Positions 19,546 to 28,984 of a DNA stretch of 64,000 nucleotides are shown here, one piece after another; position 1 is the stretch's first letter; every line of letters begins with the position of its first letter. Source of the stretch: a virus (taxonomy: Duplodnaviria; Caudoviricetes); the IMG/VR virus record IMGVR_UViG_3300020045_008142, positions 6,372 to 70,371 of that record; one strand, written 5' to 3'. Under the pieces are notes generated by a model. The model was given only the letters and a program-made list of their open reading frames with translations, did no database searches and was not told the origin of the DNA. The position numbers and the translations under genes were made by a program.

Positions 19546-19814
19546 TTGACAGTTTTCTGTGTGTGGGTGTATTATTTTGTTTAGAGTCTCGTAAGCTCAA
19601 ACACAAAGCGTTGCCCACACATCGAAAATCCTTGTGGTTTTTTTATGCCTATCAGTTTCTGCTGTCATGCCCATTTGTGGCATAATGGCGTTGTTGGTTA
19701 GGAGTTCCAGAGAATATATTGAATATCTGGAGCGGTGCTTTGTGACCGTTACGAAACTCCTATCCAGCCACTTCGGTGGCATATTTCGTAAAAATGGCAC
19801 AAAGGAATATCCCC
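19546..19814 (+). ncRNA. c4/CI-type antisense RNA control module, copy 1 (promoter, target boxes, structured RNA)
   Basis: TTGACA-18-TATTAT promoter. Boxes TCGTAA and CACAAAGC (19589-19609), complements GCTTTGTG and TTACGA (19737-19754) inside a multi-stem RNA, boxes repeated over the RBS (19786-19804). Confidence 0.65.
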
Positions 19815-20726
19815 ATGTCACACGCACTAATCCCAGTACCCTTTCACGGTCAATCTTTATCAGCAGTTTTAGTTGATAACATTCCCCATGTAGCATTAAA
19901 GCCACTTTGTGAAAACATCGGGCTAGACTGGTCTGCACAAGTTCAAAAAATCAAGCGTCATCCAGTGTTAAGCTCAACTATGGTTATGATAACCACAGTT
20001 GCCGAAGATGGTAAATTGCGCGAAATGCTCATGATGCCAATCAAGTATTTAAACGGCTGGTTATTCGGTGTTGATTCAAATCGCGTTAATCCAGAAATTA
20101 AAGACCGCGTTATCGAATACCAACGCGAATGCTTTGAAGTCTTGGCAAGCCACTTCATGCCAAAAGTCGAAACCCAATACGGCTTAAAATCCCTCCCAGA
20201 GCCACCTACTATAACCACTGCTATGCAAGGCGAATTATCCGTGCGTGTATCGGTGATTGCAGGTGAATCAGGAAAAACTAAGGTAGCTGTCTGGTCGCGT
20301 TTTTCAAATCACTTTCGCATCTCAGGATATAAAAACCTGCCCATTGAAAAATACGATGAGTCGCTCACTTATCTGGAAAAACTCCGCATAGAGTATGGTG
20401 GAAATATTGAAATGATTGCTATACCAGCAACTGAGTACACAGCGTTATTGGAATCCATTAAGCGTGTCCAAGGCGAACTGGCAAACGAACAACAACATAA
20501 CCAAGTCACCATCACCCTTGCACCAAGACAAAAAGGTGAGAGCGTTAGACGATACCTAATCACGGTACATGGTGATGAAATGGTGCAAATGTGGACAGTT
20601 CCAGATAATGTACAACCATTGACACCCGAAGAATGGTATAGCTACGCAGAAATGCGCTACATCATGATTGAACGCTCAAAACTCGATGAAATGACCGCTA
20701 AACAATTGGGCGTACTGTTAGCCTAA
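19815..20726 (+). CDS. antirepressor-type protein (P22 AR N-terminal domain plus ORF6C-like domain)
   Basis: VPFHG...PHVALKPLCENIGLDWSAQ...LNGWLFG...YQRECFEVL; later VWSRFSNHFRISGYKNLP. Likely start ATG 19815 after AAAGGA. Confidence 0.8.
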   Translation: MSHALIPVPFHGQSLSAVLVDNIPHVALKPLCENIGLDWSAQVQKIKRHPVLSSTMVMITTVAEDGKLREMLMMPIKYLNGWLFGVDSNRVNPEIKDRVIEYQRECFEVLASHFMPKVETQYGLKSLPEPPTITTAMQGELSVRVSVIAGESGKTKVAVWSRFSNHFRISGYKNLPIEKYDESLTYLEKLRIEYGGNIEMIAIPATEYTALLESIKRVQGELANEQQHNQVTITLAPRQKGESVRRYLITVHGDEMVQMWTVPDNVQPLTPEEWYSYAEMRYIMIERSKLDEMTAKQLGVLLA

Positions 20727-20737
20727 CCCACAGACAC

Positions 20738-20774
20738 AAAAAAACCCGCTAATCGCAAGACTAGCGGGTTTTTT
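20738..20774. terminator. bidirectional rho-independent terminator
   Basis: aaaaaaacccgcta...tagcgggtttttt. Confidence 0.75.
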
Positions 20775-20786
20775 ATTGCCTAAAAC

Positions 20787-21032
20787 TCAAGGTTCAGAAC
20801 CTTCCTTAGCCTTGATAGTAATCCCAGTTGCAATCAATAGCGCACCTATTCCCGTGCCGTATTGCATTAAATCAAATTCGCCTGTTGTGAGTGTGTGGTA
20901 ACACTGCAAAACCAGTGCCACCAACACAGACAACATGACAAGGATGCGCGAAAAGTCGAAGCTCTCATTATCCTTGCCTGTAAGCGCGGTTTTCAGTGCG
21001 CTATTAATTGCTGTCATCACTACAACCTTCAC
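20787..21032 (-). CDS. putative holin (2 TM)
   Basis: Two hydrophobic helices and a charged C-terminus. Confidence 0.45.
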   Translation of the reverse strand: MKVVVMTAINSALKTALTGKDNESFDFSRILVMLSVLVALVLQCYHTLTTGEFDLMQYGTGIGALLIATGITIKAKEGSEP

Positions 21033-21237
21033 AGCCTTTCGGGCAGTCCTTAGCTATTATGGCTTTCAATGCGCGTTCTTTTGAAAAAACATTGTACATA
21101 AATCCAAAAATACCTAATGCACCACCGATAAAGCCAACGTGCATATCCATGAACTTTATCACGTCCTGAAAAAGGAACATTGCCGCGCCTAATGCTGTTA
21201 CTGAGTTAGATTGAAACCAGTCCTTAATATCGCACAT
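21004..21237 (-). CDS. small membrane protein (holin/antiholin candidate)
   Basis: Two hydrophobic segments and a Cys-containing tail. Confidence 0.45.
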   Translation of the reverse strand: MCDIKDWFQSNSVTALGAAMFLFQDVIKFMDMHVGFIGGALGIFGFMYNVFSKERALKAIIAKDCPKGCEGCSDDSN

Positions 21238-21244
21238 AAATAAC

Positions 21245-21667
21245 CTACAATTGATCGCCGCTGATAGATAGCGCGTTAAACGATGCGTCAGTCATAACCA
21301 CGGCGTTAGCACGAATATCAATACTGGCATTGTCAAATGAACAGCTTTCAATTTTTCTCAGTACAGCTTTAGTGGGCTTGTCGATAATCAAAATATCGAA
21401 TACCAGCCCTTTCAAAGCATCTTCTGAACTGGCAGGCATAATGCCAAGCTTACGCAATGTTGAATTACGCAACGCCGCCGATGATACCTGCACGGTGTTT
21501 TTTGACAGTGTAGGTACATATTCGATAGGGTCTATGCTTCCGATACCGACAACAGGTTGCGGGGCAAAGCTTGAGCTAACCCGCAATGACTGAATAACGC
21601 CTAGCACATTGCCATCGAATGTTAAGACGATTTCATTACCCGACTGGGCTTGTTTATTCGCTCTCAT
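21245..21667 (-). CDS. tail tube protein
   Basis: GNEIVLTFDGNVLGVIQS...SFAPQPVVGIGSIDPIEYVP; 140 aa after the sheath gene. Confidence 0.8.
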   Translation of the reverse strand: MRANKQAQSGNEIVLTFDGNVLGVIQSLRVSSSFAPQPVVGIGSIDPIEYVPTLSKNTVQVSSAALRNSTLRKLGIMPASSEDALKGLVFDILIIDKPTKAVLRKIESCSFDNASIDIRANAVVMTDASFNALSISGDQL

Positions 21668-21678
21668 AAATTAAACCC

Positions 21679-23406
21679 CTAAGCCGTTGTGCCAGAATAA
21701 GGCACGGTATGAATGGTAATTCCAATATAATTACTTGGAATAACAGGTGAACACTGGAACTCAACTAAAATATAGTCAATGCCTTGTGTAACGGTTAAGC
21801 CTTTCCACGCGGGATTTTTAGCATCCCCAGTGATAACGCCATCGCCTTGCGGTTCATCGGTTGCCAACAGCTTTAAGCGGCTTTCAGCGCGTGACTTAAC
21901 TTCTGCCAATAAATACGGCGTATTCTTTTGACCGCGCAACGGATCTAATGCTTCACGAATTGCGCGGGCCACAAAATCAGAAGCGACACCGACCGATATT
22001 TCCCGTTGCGAGAAGTTGGCGGTTTGTGCGGTGCTGATTGACTGCAATACTTTTACGTTATTGGCAAAATCCGACCAGCAACACAGAACACCACCCGCTA
22101 ACAATAAATCGGTTTCGTCTGGATTGCGTAAACGCCGTTCCATGCCACGGACATTGATAATCTTATTGGTTAATGGTGTGCCAGCAGAAACACCGCACAG
22201 CATACCGCCTAACAACGAGGCTAATACCCACGGTTGCCATAACGTATTAACGCCTGCATTATCAGGATCATAAAACCCTTGGTGGACAACAGAAACGCGC
22301 TGGTGATTGATAGCTGCCGCCGTAGCAATCGCGGTATCGTTAGAGGTTAAAGCAGGTAATCCGCAAATGGTACGGCGTTCCATACGCGCCACTAAACTCA
22401 TGTAATCGCAATGCGTTTCGGACATATACAACACGGTTTCACTGTCACTTAATGGCACAACCACCTGACAATCAACTTCTTTCAACGCATCAAACGCCGC
22501 TTGCCAGTTTTCAGTAGTCGCGCCCACATGAGGCGTGTAACTAAAAATAACGCCTGTAGTCGCGGTATTCGCAGGGGCTTTTAACGCACCTGTTAAGCGT
22601 TCAGCAACAACATTGGAAAAGCGGGTGTTCAGCGTATCAACGACTTTTTGCAACAAAGCACGAACAACTAAAGCAGTTGTTTTGCATGATGTTGAAGCCA
22701 GTGCGTCCAGTGTGATTGATTTGGTTGTATTGGAATTGTCCAGCACTAACGCCGTGACATCGGCAATGGTATTGAGCTTATCGACAATATCTTGAATAGT
22801 CGGGTAAACACTAAACAGTAATTCAGTTGGTACAGCGTCAACCGTTAAAGTTAATGCAGTAGCAGTAATGGCAACAGTCGCAACCGTACCCGCGCCGCCG
22901 TAAACCACGCTCAACATATTGGCAGCTAGGTTATCTTGAAAATTACTGGATAACACGCCGTTAATGGTGTTTTTGACTGTTACTTTTTTGGTATTGGCTT
23001 GCGTACCATTGGCAACAATCACGCGAATATTCGCACCTGCCGCGCCGTATTGCTTGGCTTTAACCAGAATGGCGTTAGTGCTTGAGGTATCAACTAAATA
23101 CCCTTGTGCCTGTTCGTCATCATCGGCACGGGCAAATAAGATATACGCGGGTGAATTGGTATCAGGGGATGGATTAAATGCCTTTTCAAAGGCTTTCAAT
23201 AAATCCGCTCTACCAGAACCCAATAGGGCTACAGCATCTTGATAACTGTTAATGCGAGTCACCGCAAAGGGTTCGCCGCTATCCGCTTCACCAACTAGGG
23301 CTAATACTTGGCTGTTAGGCGTAGAACTGACAATCATGCCAGAGTCATCAACCACGGAGGCGGTAACAGGGGTTACTAATAGTTGACCGTTAAATAATAA
23401 ACTCAT
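21679..23406 (-). CDS. tail sheath protein (A511/K-like)
   Basis: LALVGEADSGEP...LLKAFEKAFNPS N-terminus; 575 aa; C-terminal EISVGVASDF...FQCSPVIPSNYI. Confidence 0.85.
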   Translation of the reverse strand: MSLLFNGQLLVTPVTASVVDDSGMIVSSTPNSQVLALVGEADSGEPFAVTRINSYQDAVALLGSGRADLLKAFEKAFNPSPDTNSPAYILFARADDDEQAQGYLVDTSSTNAILVKAKQYGAAGANIRVIVANGTQANTKKVTVKNTINGVLSSNFQDNLAANMLSVVYGGAGTVATVAITATALTLTVDAVPTELLFSVYPTIQDIVDKLNTIADVTALVLDNSNTTKSITLDALASTSCKTTALVVRALLQKVVDTLNTRFSNVVAERLTGALKAPANTATTGVIFSYTPHVGATTENWQAAFDALKEVDCQVVVPLSDSETVLYMSETHCDYMSLVARMERRTICGLPALTSNDTAIATAAAINHQRVSVVHQGFYDPDNAGVNTLWQPWVLASLLGGMLCGVSAGTPLTNKIINVRGMERRLRNPDETDLLLAGGVLCCWSDFANNVKVLQSISTAQTANFSQREISVGVASDFVARAIREALDPLRGQKNTPYLLAEVKSRAESRLKLLATDEPQGDGVITGDAKNPAWKGLTVTQGIDYILVEFQCSPVIPSNYIGITIHTVPYSGTTA

Positions 23407-23414
23407 ATTTCAGC

Positions 23415-23654
23415 CTAAACGGGTTGGGTAATAAATTGATTGAAACACGCTTGAAAGCCGTCTACCGTGTCCGATAAATGCCCCTTGCGTTGCTCAATAC
23501 GATAAAAAGAGTTGACCATTTCCACGCGGCGATCCGTTGTCGATAATTCAGAACAGAAGTGGTCTAAACTGACTTGCTCAGGCGTTGCGATAGGTTCAGG
23601 CAATGATTCAACTGCCTTAGGTTCTTTTTTAGGTGTGTCGGGTTTTTCTGACAT
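23415..23654 (-). CDS. small conserved protein preceding the sheath gene
   Basis: Likely start ATG 23654 (MSEKPDTPKK). Confidence 0.55.
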   Translation of the reverse strand: MSEKPDTPKKEPKAVESLPEPIATPEQVSLDHFCSELSTTDRRVEMVNSFYRIEQRKGHLSDTVDGFQACFNQFITQPV

Positions 23655-23664
23655 AAAAATCCTG

Positions 23665-24471
23665 TTAATAGAGTGAGGTAGGGGTAACGGTGATGCTGTC
23701 CAATAGCGCGTAATCAGTATCATCATGAATACTGGAATCGCTTAAACAGCTAAAAGAAACGTGTGTGCGGTAAATGGGGCATTGATAGCTTTCAAAGTCT
23801 TCTGAGTCAGAAAACTTAGTGCTGATTTGCAATAAACCAGAGGCGTTAAATAATTCAAGGTTTGCGATTAATACGCTTTTAATGGCAGCGCGTAAGTCGT
23901 GGCGTTCATCACCGTTTATGCACCATGCGACAACCTCTAAATCCACCGCTGAATACCAGCCGATTGAATCAATGGCGTTATCGGTAAAATCCGATATAAA
24001 ACGGTTGTCTGGGTTATCGCTTTGTAAGTGAACAGTGACCACGGGAAACGCGGTATCTTCGATTTGTGGAGACGCATTTAATACAGTGATATGGTTGCGT
24101 GGGTGCGTTAATTTACCAGCGGCAATCAACGCATTTAAGCCACTATCAAGCCGCGCCCTGACAAGTTCCTGCGGATCTACTGAGGTGTCAGTAAATAACA
24201 AAGCAGGGGTAACAGCTTGAGCAGCTTGGCTTGAAATCCACGCTGTACCATTCCAGTAAAACACCTTGTAAAAATACGGCGTTCCATTTTCAAGGTCGTC
24301 ATAATCAACTAATTCAGTACCTTCACCCTGATACACAATGGTTTGCGCGTTCTCATTAGCAAACACACCGCTGGTATTGCGTAGGATTCGCCAGTAAAGC
24401 GCAGCGACAGGTGGGGACAATTCCAAGCTGACGGCGTTACCAGAAATTAGAGGGATTAGTTTAGTTATCAT
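23665..24471 (-). CDS. putative tail terminator/completion protein with N-terminal FN3-like domain
   Basis: N-terminal DYDDLENGTPYFYKVFY beta domain; C-terminal FPVVTVHLQSD region; position upstream of the sheath. Confidence 0.55.
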   Translation of the reverse strand: MITKLIPLISGNAVSLELSPPVAALYWRILRNTSGVFANENAQTIVYQGEGTELVDYDDLENGTPYFYKVFYWNGTAWISSQAAQAVTPALLFTDTSVDPQELVRARLDSGLNALIAAGKLTHPRNHITVLNASPQIEDTAFPVVTVHLQSDNPDNRFISDFTDNAIDSIGWYSAVDLEVVAWCINGDERHDLRAAIKSVLIANLELFNASGLLQISTKFSDSEDFESYQCPIYRTHVSFSCLSDSSIHDDTDYALLDSITVTPTSLY

Positions 24472-24477
24472 GACTGT

Positions 24478-24492
24478 ATTGTCGTGTCACGA
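24478..24492 (-). promoter_or_regulatory. late promoter motif TCGTGACA-C-GACAAT
   Basis: Exact motif; 6 nt from the ATG at 24471. Confidence 0.75.
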
Positions 24493-24540
24493 CAAAATGA
24501 GGGGCATAAAAAAGCCCGATTAGTCTGGGCTTTAGTTTGC

Positions 24541-25227
24541 TTATTGCACTAATTGCAGTCGAGGGTATTTTTTTCGATACTCAGCAACAAAATCATCCAT
24601 TAACTTTTTTCGGTCTTTTTGCACTGGGTAATGTTGAATTAATAGCGTGTTGCGTTCACGGATTGCCTTTAGTAATCGCAAATCATAGGTATCTAAATCG
24701 GATTCGTTTATCGACTTCCATTCACCATTAAGCGCACGATTAACGAACAGGTGTTCATTGCAGAAGTGATTAACGCCCGTTTTCTTGCCAAGCATATCAC
24801 GGACAAACACTAACCCGTCTGTCATTGGTCTAGCGGTATCGCGCTTATCTTGAATGGCTTGCTTGCGGTCTGGTTCGTTGCGTAGCCTATCTATCTCATT
24901 AATTGCTTTACGAAACGATTTTACCAGTGACAGTTTAAACTTTCGCACTATCGGGGTATTTCTGAAAAGCGTAATCAGGTAGGTTGCTTGGTCTTCGGTA
25001 AGTTCCGCATACTCCGTTGATTTGGCAAAGCCGCCAGTATCAAGCTTAATTCCCTTCCGCGTTTCAAACGCGAGTGGGCTAAACTCTGCAAAGTCATCGC
25101 TATATTTGCGGATAAGGGCAATTACGTTCTTATGCTCTAATTCGCAATTTTCAGCAATAACAATTGAATCGGTGAATGGTTTACCATGAGAAACATGGAC
25201 TAAATCGGTTTTAGCTTGCGACTTCAT
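24541..25227 (-). CDS. Rha family transcriptional regulator (moron)
   Basis: PFTDSIVIAENCELEHKNVIALIRKY...LTEDQATYLITLFRNT...FKLSLVKSF; likely start 25227. Confidence 0.8.
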   Translation of the reverse strand: MKSQAKTDLVHVSHGKPFTDSIVIAENCELEHKNVIALIRKYSDDFAEFSPLAFETRKGIKLDTGGFAKSTEYAELTEDQATYLITLFRNTPIVRKFKLSLVKSFRKAINEIDRLRNEPDRKQAIQDKRDTARPMTDGLVFVRDMLGKKTGVNHFCNEHLFVNRALNGEWKSINESDLDTYDLRLLKAIRERNTLLIQHYPVQKDRKKLMDDFVAEYRKKYPRLQLVQ

Positions 25228-25338
25228 TTTGATACCTTTTATCATTAGGTTTATCGGAATGGATGTGCCAGTGGGTGATAAATCCACGTTCAGCCGCTAA
25301 GCCTAGGCACAAGATTCAATTATACCACAATCATTCAA

Positions 25339-25353
25339 TCGTGACAGTAAGCT
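25339..25353 (+). promoter_or_regulatory. late promoter motif TCGTGACA-G-TAAGCT
   Basis: Exact motif upstream of the 25382 gene. Confidence 0.7.
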
Positions 25354-25381
25354 ATACCCACACCAACACAGGACGATAACC

Positions 25382-27907
25382 ATGCTTAATCAAGCCAGTA
25401 ATTCAAAACCACCGATTGTTTTATTCTTTTTAAAATCATTTCACGCCGCCCATACTCGAACACTTAAAAACGGTACAGTGGTACAAGTAGGCGCGTACAG
25501 TGATAAACGACTACGCCACGATGCTCAGGCGGTTCATGTTGATCATTCCAAAACCCAAGCCGAGGATAAGGAACATTGGGCGCGATTGCACCAAGAGCAA
25601 CACGTTTTACACCATACCGACAAAGCCGAACATGAGGCGCGTTTAAAGCATCTTGACGGCTTAATCGAACACCACAAGCGACAAGCGGATAACCACGAAA
25701 AACTACGCGATAAAGCCCGTGCAGACGGTGATAGCGTGGCATTGTCTACCCATAACAAGGGATTGACCACACACCACAATAAGACCGCTAAATTTGAAGC
25801 GCGACACGCTAAAACTTCGGCTAAGTTGGCTAAAGTTAATGAGAAGTTAGCGGGTATTCATGCGGCTAAGGAAAAGTTGTGGGCTGGGAGTGGGGCGGTT
25901 GCACTGAAAGAGGGTAATCATCCTTATTACAGAAAACCAAAAGAAGTTGGCAAAGAAATTGCCGATGACATAATTAGCAAAATAACCGTTCCCAGTCAGG
26001 ACAACATCATGAAGCCAGTAACGGGCAATGGCTGGACGGCAGGGCGTGACGCTACCAATAAAAACAATAAAGAGGGTGCGGCTCATGATAAGCAAAAAGC
26101 AATTATCGCTTATTTAAAGGATGGCGGATTATTGACCGATGAAAGCCTTGATGAAATATCTTACATAGGCAACAAATTCATTAGTAATGTAGAGAAACAA
26201 CGCCTTGGATTGGCTAACGATAGTCATAGTGGAGTACCTTATTTCAACCTAACTAGACCGCAAAAACAAGCTGTAAACGATTTTGTAACCGCTAAAATTG
26301 AGCGCACAAAATCCGCTAAAAACTTTCAATCAAGGCTTGCAAAGGAGATAGCAAGGAATAGAAGGCTTCCAACTAACGAACAGGACACCACCAAGCCAGA
26401 CACCGCAAAGCCTAAGCCAGAAGCGGAAGCGGTGAAACCTAAGCAACTGGATGGCGATAATCCAGATTATGAAGAATTTAAAAAGTGGCAACAATCCAAA
26501 AACAATAAACCAGCCTTTAATAAAGATGGTCTAGGCAATGTTAGTAAGGTAAAAACTGCCAAAGGCACGGAAATTGAAACCCGCTTTAAAGTGGTGGACG
26601 CTGGCGATTTGATAACTAGCCATGATAGCAGTGGACACGCAAACCCAAAATTCCCCAGTGATTTACAACCGCGTGACAGATCGAAACAAACCAGTCAAGC
26701 GTGGGTATCGACAACCTCTAAAAACTTGGACGTTGATAAATTGGGCAAAACCAGAGACGCGGCAAATGGTGCGCCGATTGTTGGGAAAGATGGCGTAGTG
26801 GAATCGGGTAATGGTCGAACAATGGCAATTAATCACGCCTATGAAAACGGACACGCGGACGAGTACAAGGCGTGGCTAACCGAAGAAGCGGCAGGTTTTG
26901 GCATTGACCCCGAAAGCATTAAAGGCATGAAAAACCCTGTATTGGTACGCGAAAGACAAACCGATGTAGACCGTTCTATATTCACCAAAGAAGCCAACGA
27001 AGACGACAAAATGGCAATGACAGCCACCGAAAAGGCGCGTAGTGATGGTGACAAAATCAGCGGGGCATTAGTTGAAAAATTGCATGATGGCGATTTACAA
27101 TCAAAAGATAACCGTGATTTTGTACAGGGATTTATCAAAACCCTAAGCAATGCCGAAGCCGCGCAATACTTCACCACCAGCGGCAAATTAACCAAACATA
27201 TTTATGATCGCGTACAGGCGGCAGTATTTGCCCGTGCTTATGATGATGACCGATTGCTTGAATTGATGGTTGATGATGCTAACCCCGATGTTAAAAATAT
27301 CATTAGCGCGTTAAATGGGGCGGCAGGTAACTTTATACAGGCTAGAGATTCAAGCTCACAAGCGCATAAAGCACTTACCAGTACTGTTACCGATGGCATT
27401 AAGGTGTCTATGGATAAGCAAGCGGTTAATCTATTGCTGGACGCTTCTAACGCTATTCTGGAGGCGAAAAACAAAGGGCTAAGCATAGGCGATTATTTAC
27501 GACAAAATAACATTTTTGGTGATGATGAAACGCCTGCGGATGTTGCTGAAATGGCGTTGTTTATCTCAGAGAATAACCGTAGCCCTGCCAAGCTAACCAA
27601 AGTATTTAAAGGTATGGCGGATTCAATTAACAAGCAAGCTGAACACAGTGCAACCACTGATTTAATGGGCGGAATGGACACGTTAGATATTATGGATATT
27701 TTCAGACAAGCCGCTGGTATTGCACCTGTAAAAAGTAACGCGCCTGAACCTGTTAAACCAGCGCAAAGAACAGGCGGCTTTGTTGATATGTTTACAGAAA
27801 CCAGAGGGCAGAAGCGCGACCGTGAAGCATTTGAAGCCAAGAAACCCGCAAAACTCGCTAAATCGCTTCAATCAAGTCCGTTAATCCTGTTTTTCAAAGC
27901 GGCTTAA
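25382..27907 (+). CDS. large polyvalent protein: His-rich leader plus DdrB-like ParB domain
   Basis: GTEIETRFKVVDAGDLITSH...LQPRDR...GAPIVGKDGVVESGNGRTMAI matches the DdrB-ParB domain; leader shared with the 34389 and 40797 genes. Confidence 0.75.
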   Translation: MLNQASNSKPPIVLFFLKSFHAAHTRTLKNGTVVQVGAYSDKRLRHDAQAVHVDHSKTQAEDKEHWARLHQEQHVLHHTDKAEHEARLKHLDGLIEHHKRQADNHEKLRDKARADGDSVALSTHNKGLTTHHNKTAKFEARHAKTSAKLAKVNEKLAGIHAAKEKLWAGSGAVALKEGNHPYYRKPKEVGKEIADDIISKITVPSQDNIMKPVTGNGWTAGRDATNKNNKEGAAHDKQKAIIAYLKDGGLLTDESLDEISYIGNKFISNVEKQRLGLANDSHSGVPYFNLTRPQKQAVNDFVTAKIERTKSAKNFQSRLAKEIARNRRLPTNEQDTTKPDTAKPKPEAEAVKPKQLDGDNPDYEEFKKWQQSKNNKPAFNKDGLGNVSKVKTAKGTEIETRFKVVDAGDLITSHDSSGHANPKFPSDLQPRDRSKQTSQAWVSTTSKNLDVDKLGKTRDAANGAPIVGKDGVVESGNGRTMAINHAYENGHADEYKAWLTEEAAGFGIDPESIKGMKNPVLVRERQTDVDRSIFTKEANEDDKMAMTATEKARSDGDKISGALVEKLHDGDLQSKDNRDFVQGFIKTLSNAEAAQYFTTSGKLTKHIYDRVQAAVFARAYDDDRLLELMVDDANPDVKNIISALNGAAGNFIQARDSSSQAHKALTSTVTDGIKVSMDKQAVNLLLDASNAILEAKNKGLSIGDYLRQNNIFGDDETPADVAEMALFISENNRSPAKLTKVFKGMADSINKQAEHSATTDLMGGMDTLDIMDIFRQAAGIAPVKSNAPEPVKPAQRTGGFVDMFTETRGQKRDREAFEAKKPAKLAKSLQSSPLILFFKAA

Positions 27908-27911
27908 CGTG

Positions 27912-28080
27912 TTATAATGTACCCTGTTGTGGCTGTACGCGGATTAATTACCCGCGTTAAAGCAGATTGAACACCTGTTGCCACAACTCTAATTCGTTCA
28001 AATCACTTTATCCCCGTTCAAGGATTTCAAAATGCAAGATTCTGACGTAGTAGATACACCCACCTATAATTATATTATAG
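27912..28080 (+). pseudogene. orphan moron leader with an abortive ORF
   Basis: TGTTATAAT, structured leader, AAGGATTTCAAAATGCAA start as in the Rha morons; the ORF stops after about 16 codons. Confidence 0.4.
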
Positions 28081-28201
28081 GATGCAGTTAACGAAAGTTA
28101 AGAAAAAAGTATCGGTATAAAATGAAAAAATAATTGAATCGCACAAAATAAACCGCTGGTTTCGTAGATGTTCCAGCGGTTTTTTTTATGCCTGTCATAA
28201 G

Positions 28202-28216
28202 TAGTGATATTAAAAT
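28202..28216 (+). promoter_or_regulatory. variant late promoter TAGTGATA-T-TAAAAT
   Basis: Two mismatches to TCGTGACA with the same spacing to a strong -10; upstream of 28247. Confidence 0.5.
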
Positions 28217-28246
28217 AAGCCATCAATCAATAGGCGGCTTAATCCC

Positions 28247-28984
28247 ATGTTAAAAGTAACTGTTCAAATCGACTTGTCAGAAATGACGCGATCAATTTAT
28301 ACCCAAGTTCAGCAGGCGGTAACGCTCACAGCATTAGAAGGCAAGGCAATCTGGCAGAATGAAATTAAACAAGCCCGCTTGCGTGATGTCGAAAAACAGG
28401 CTTACATGGATTCATTGAAAACTGAAATGACGGGTGATTTTTCAGCGGATTTATTCACTGATTACCGATTAGCAGGTGAAATTGAAAACGGTAGACCACC
28501 ACGCGATTTAAAAAAGAACCTGCTAACGTCTCGCAAAACCCGCGTTTCTAAGAAAGGTCAAAAGTACCTGATTATCCCGTTTAGGCACAATACGCCTGAC
28601 AATAATGCACACGCTAAGGCTATGCCTGTTGACGTTTATAACGAAGCTAAGGCATTGACTAAGAGTCGAGTGCTATCAATGTACACAAGGCAATCAGCAA
28701 CAGGGCATACCGTGCCGCAAGCTTTTTACCAATGGGGCGATAGACTACCTGCTGGATTAACGCCGAAGCTAAAAGACCATCACAAAACCGATATTCATGC
28801 GGGTATGGTGCGCTTTAATACCAGCTCTGGAAAACAAAACTCAAGCCAGTATTTAACATTCAGAGTGATGGGCGAATGGTCAACAGGCTGGATTATTCCC
28901 GCGCAAGCTGGGCTAAATTTAGCCAAGAATACACAGGAACAAATGCAGCCGTTACTGGCTAATTATTTGAAAGGGATTGTTTAG
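28247..28984 (+). CDS. putative neck/tail completion protein
   Basis: IENGRPPRDLKKNLL...KGQKYLIIPFRH...YLTFRVM...W pattern of SPO1-like neck proteins. Confidence 0.55.
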   Translation: MLKVTVQIDLSEMTRSIYTQVQQAVTLTALEGKAIWQNEIKQARLRDVEKQAYMDSLKTEMTGDFSADLFTDYRLAGEIENGRPPRDLKKNLLTSRKTRVSKKGQKYLIIPFRHNTPDNNAHAKAMPVDVYNEAKALTKSRVLSMYTRQSATGHTVPQAFYQWGDRLPAGLTPKLKDHHKTDIHAGMVRFNTSSGKQNSSQYLTFRVMGEWSTGWIIPAQAGLNLAKNTQEQMQPLLANYLKGIV

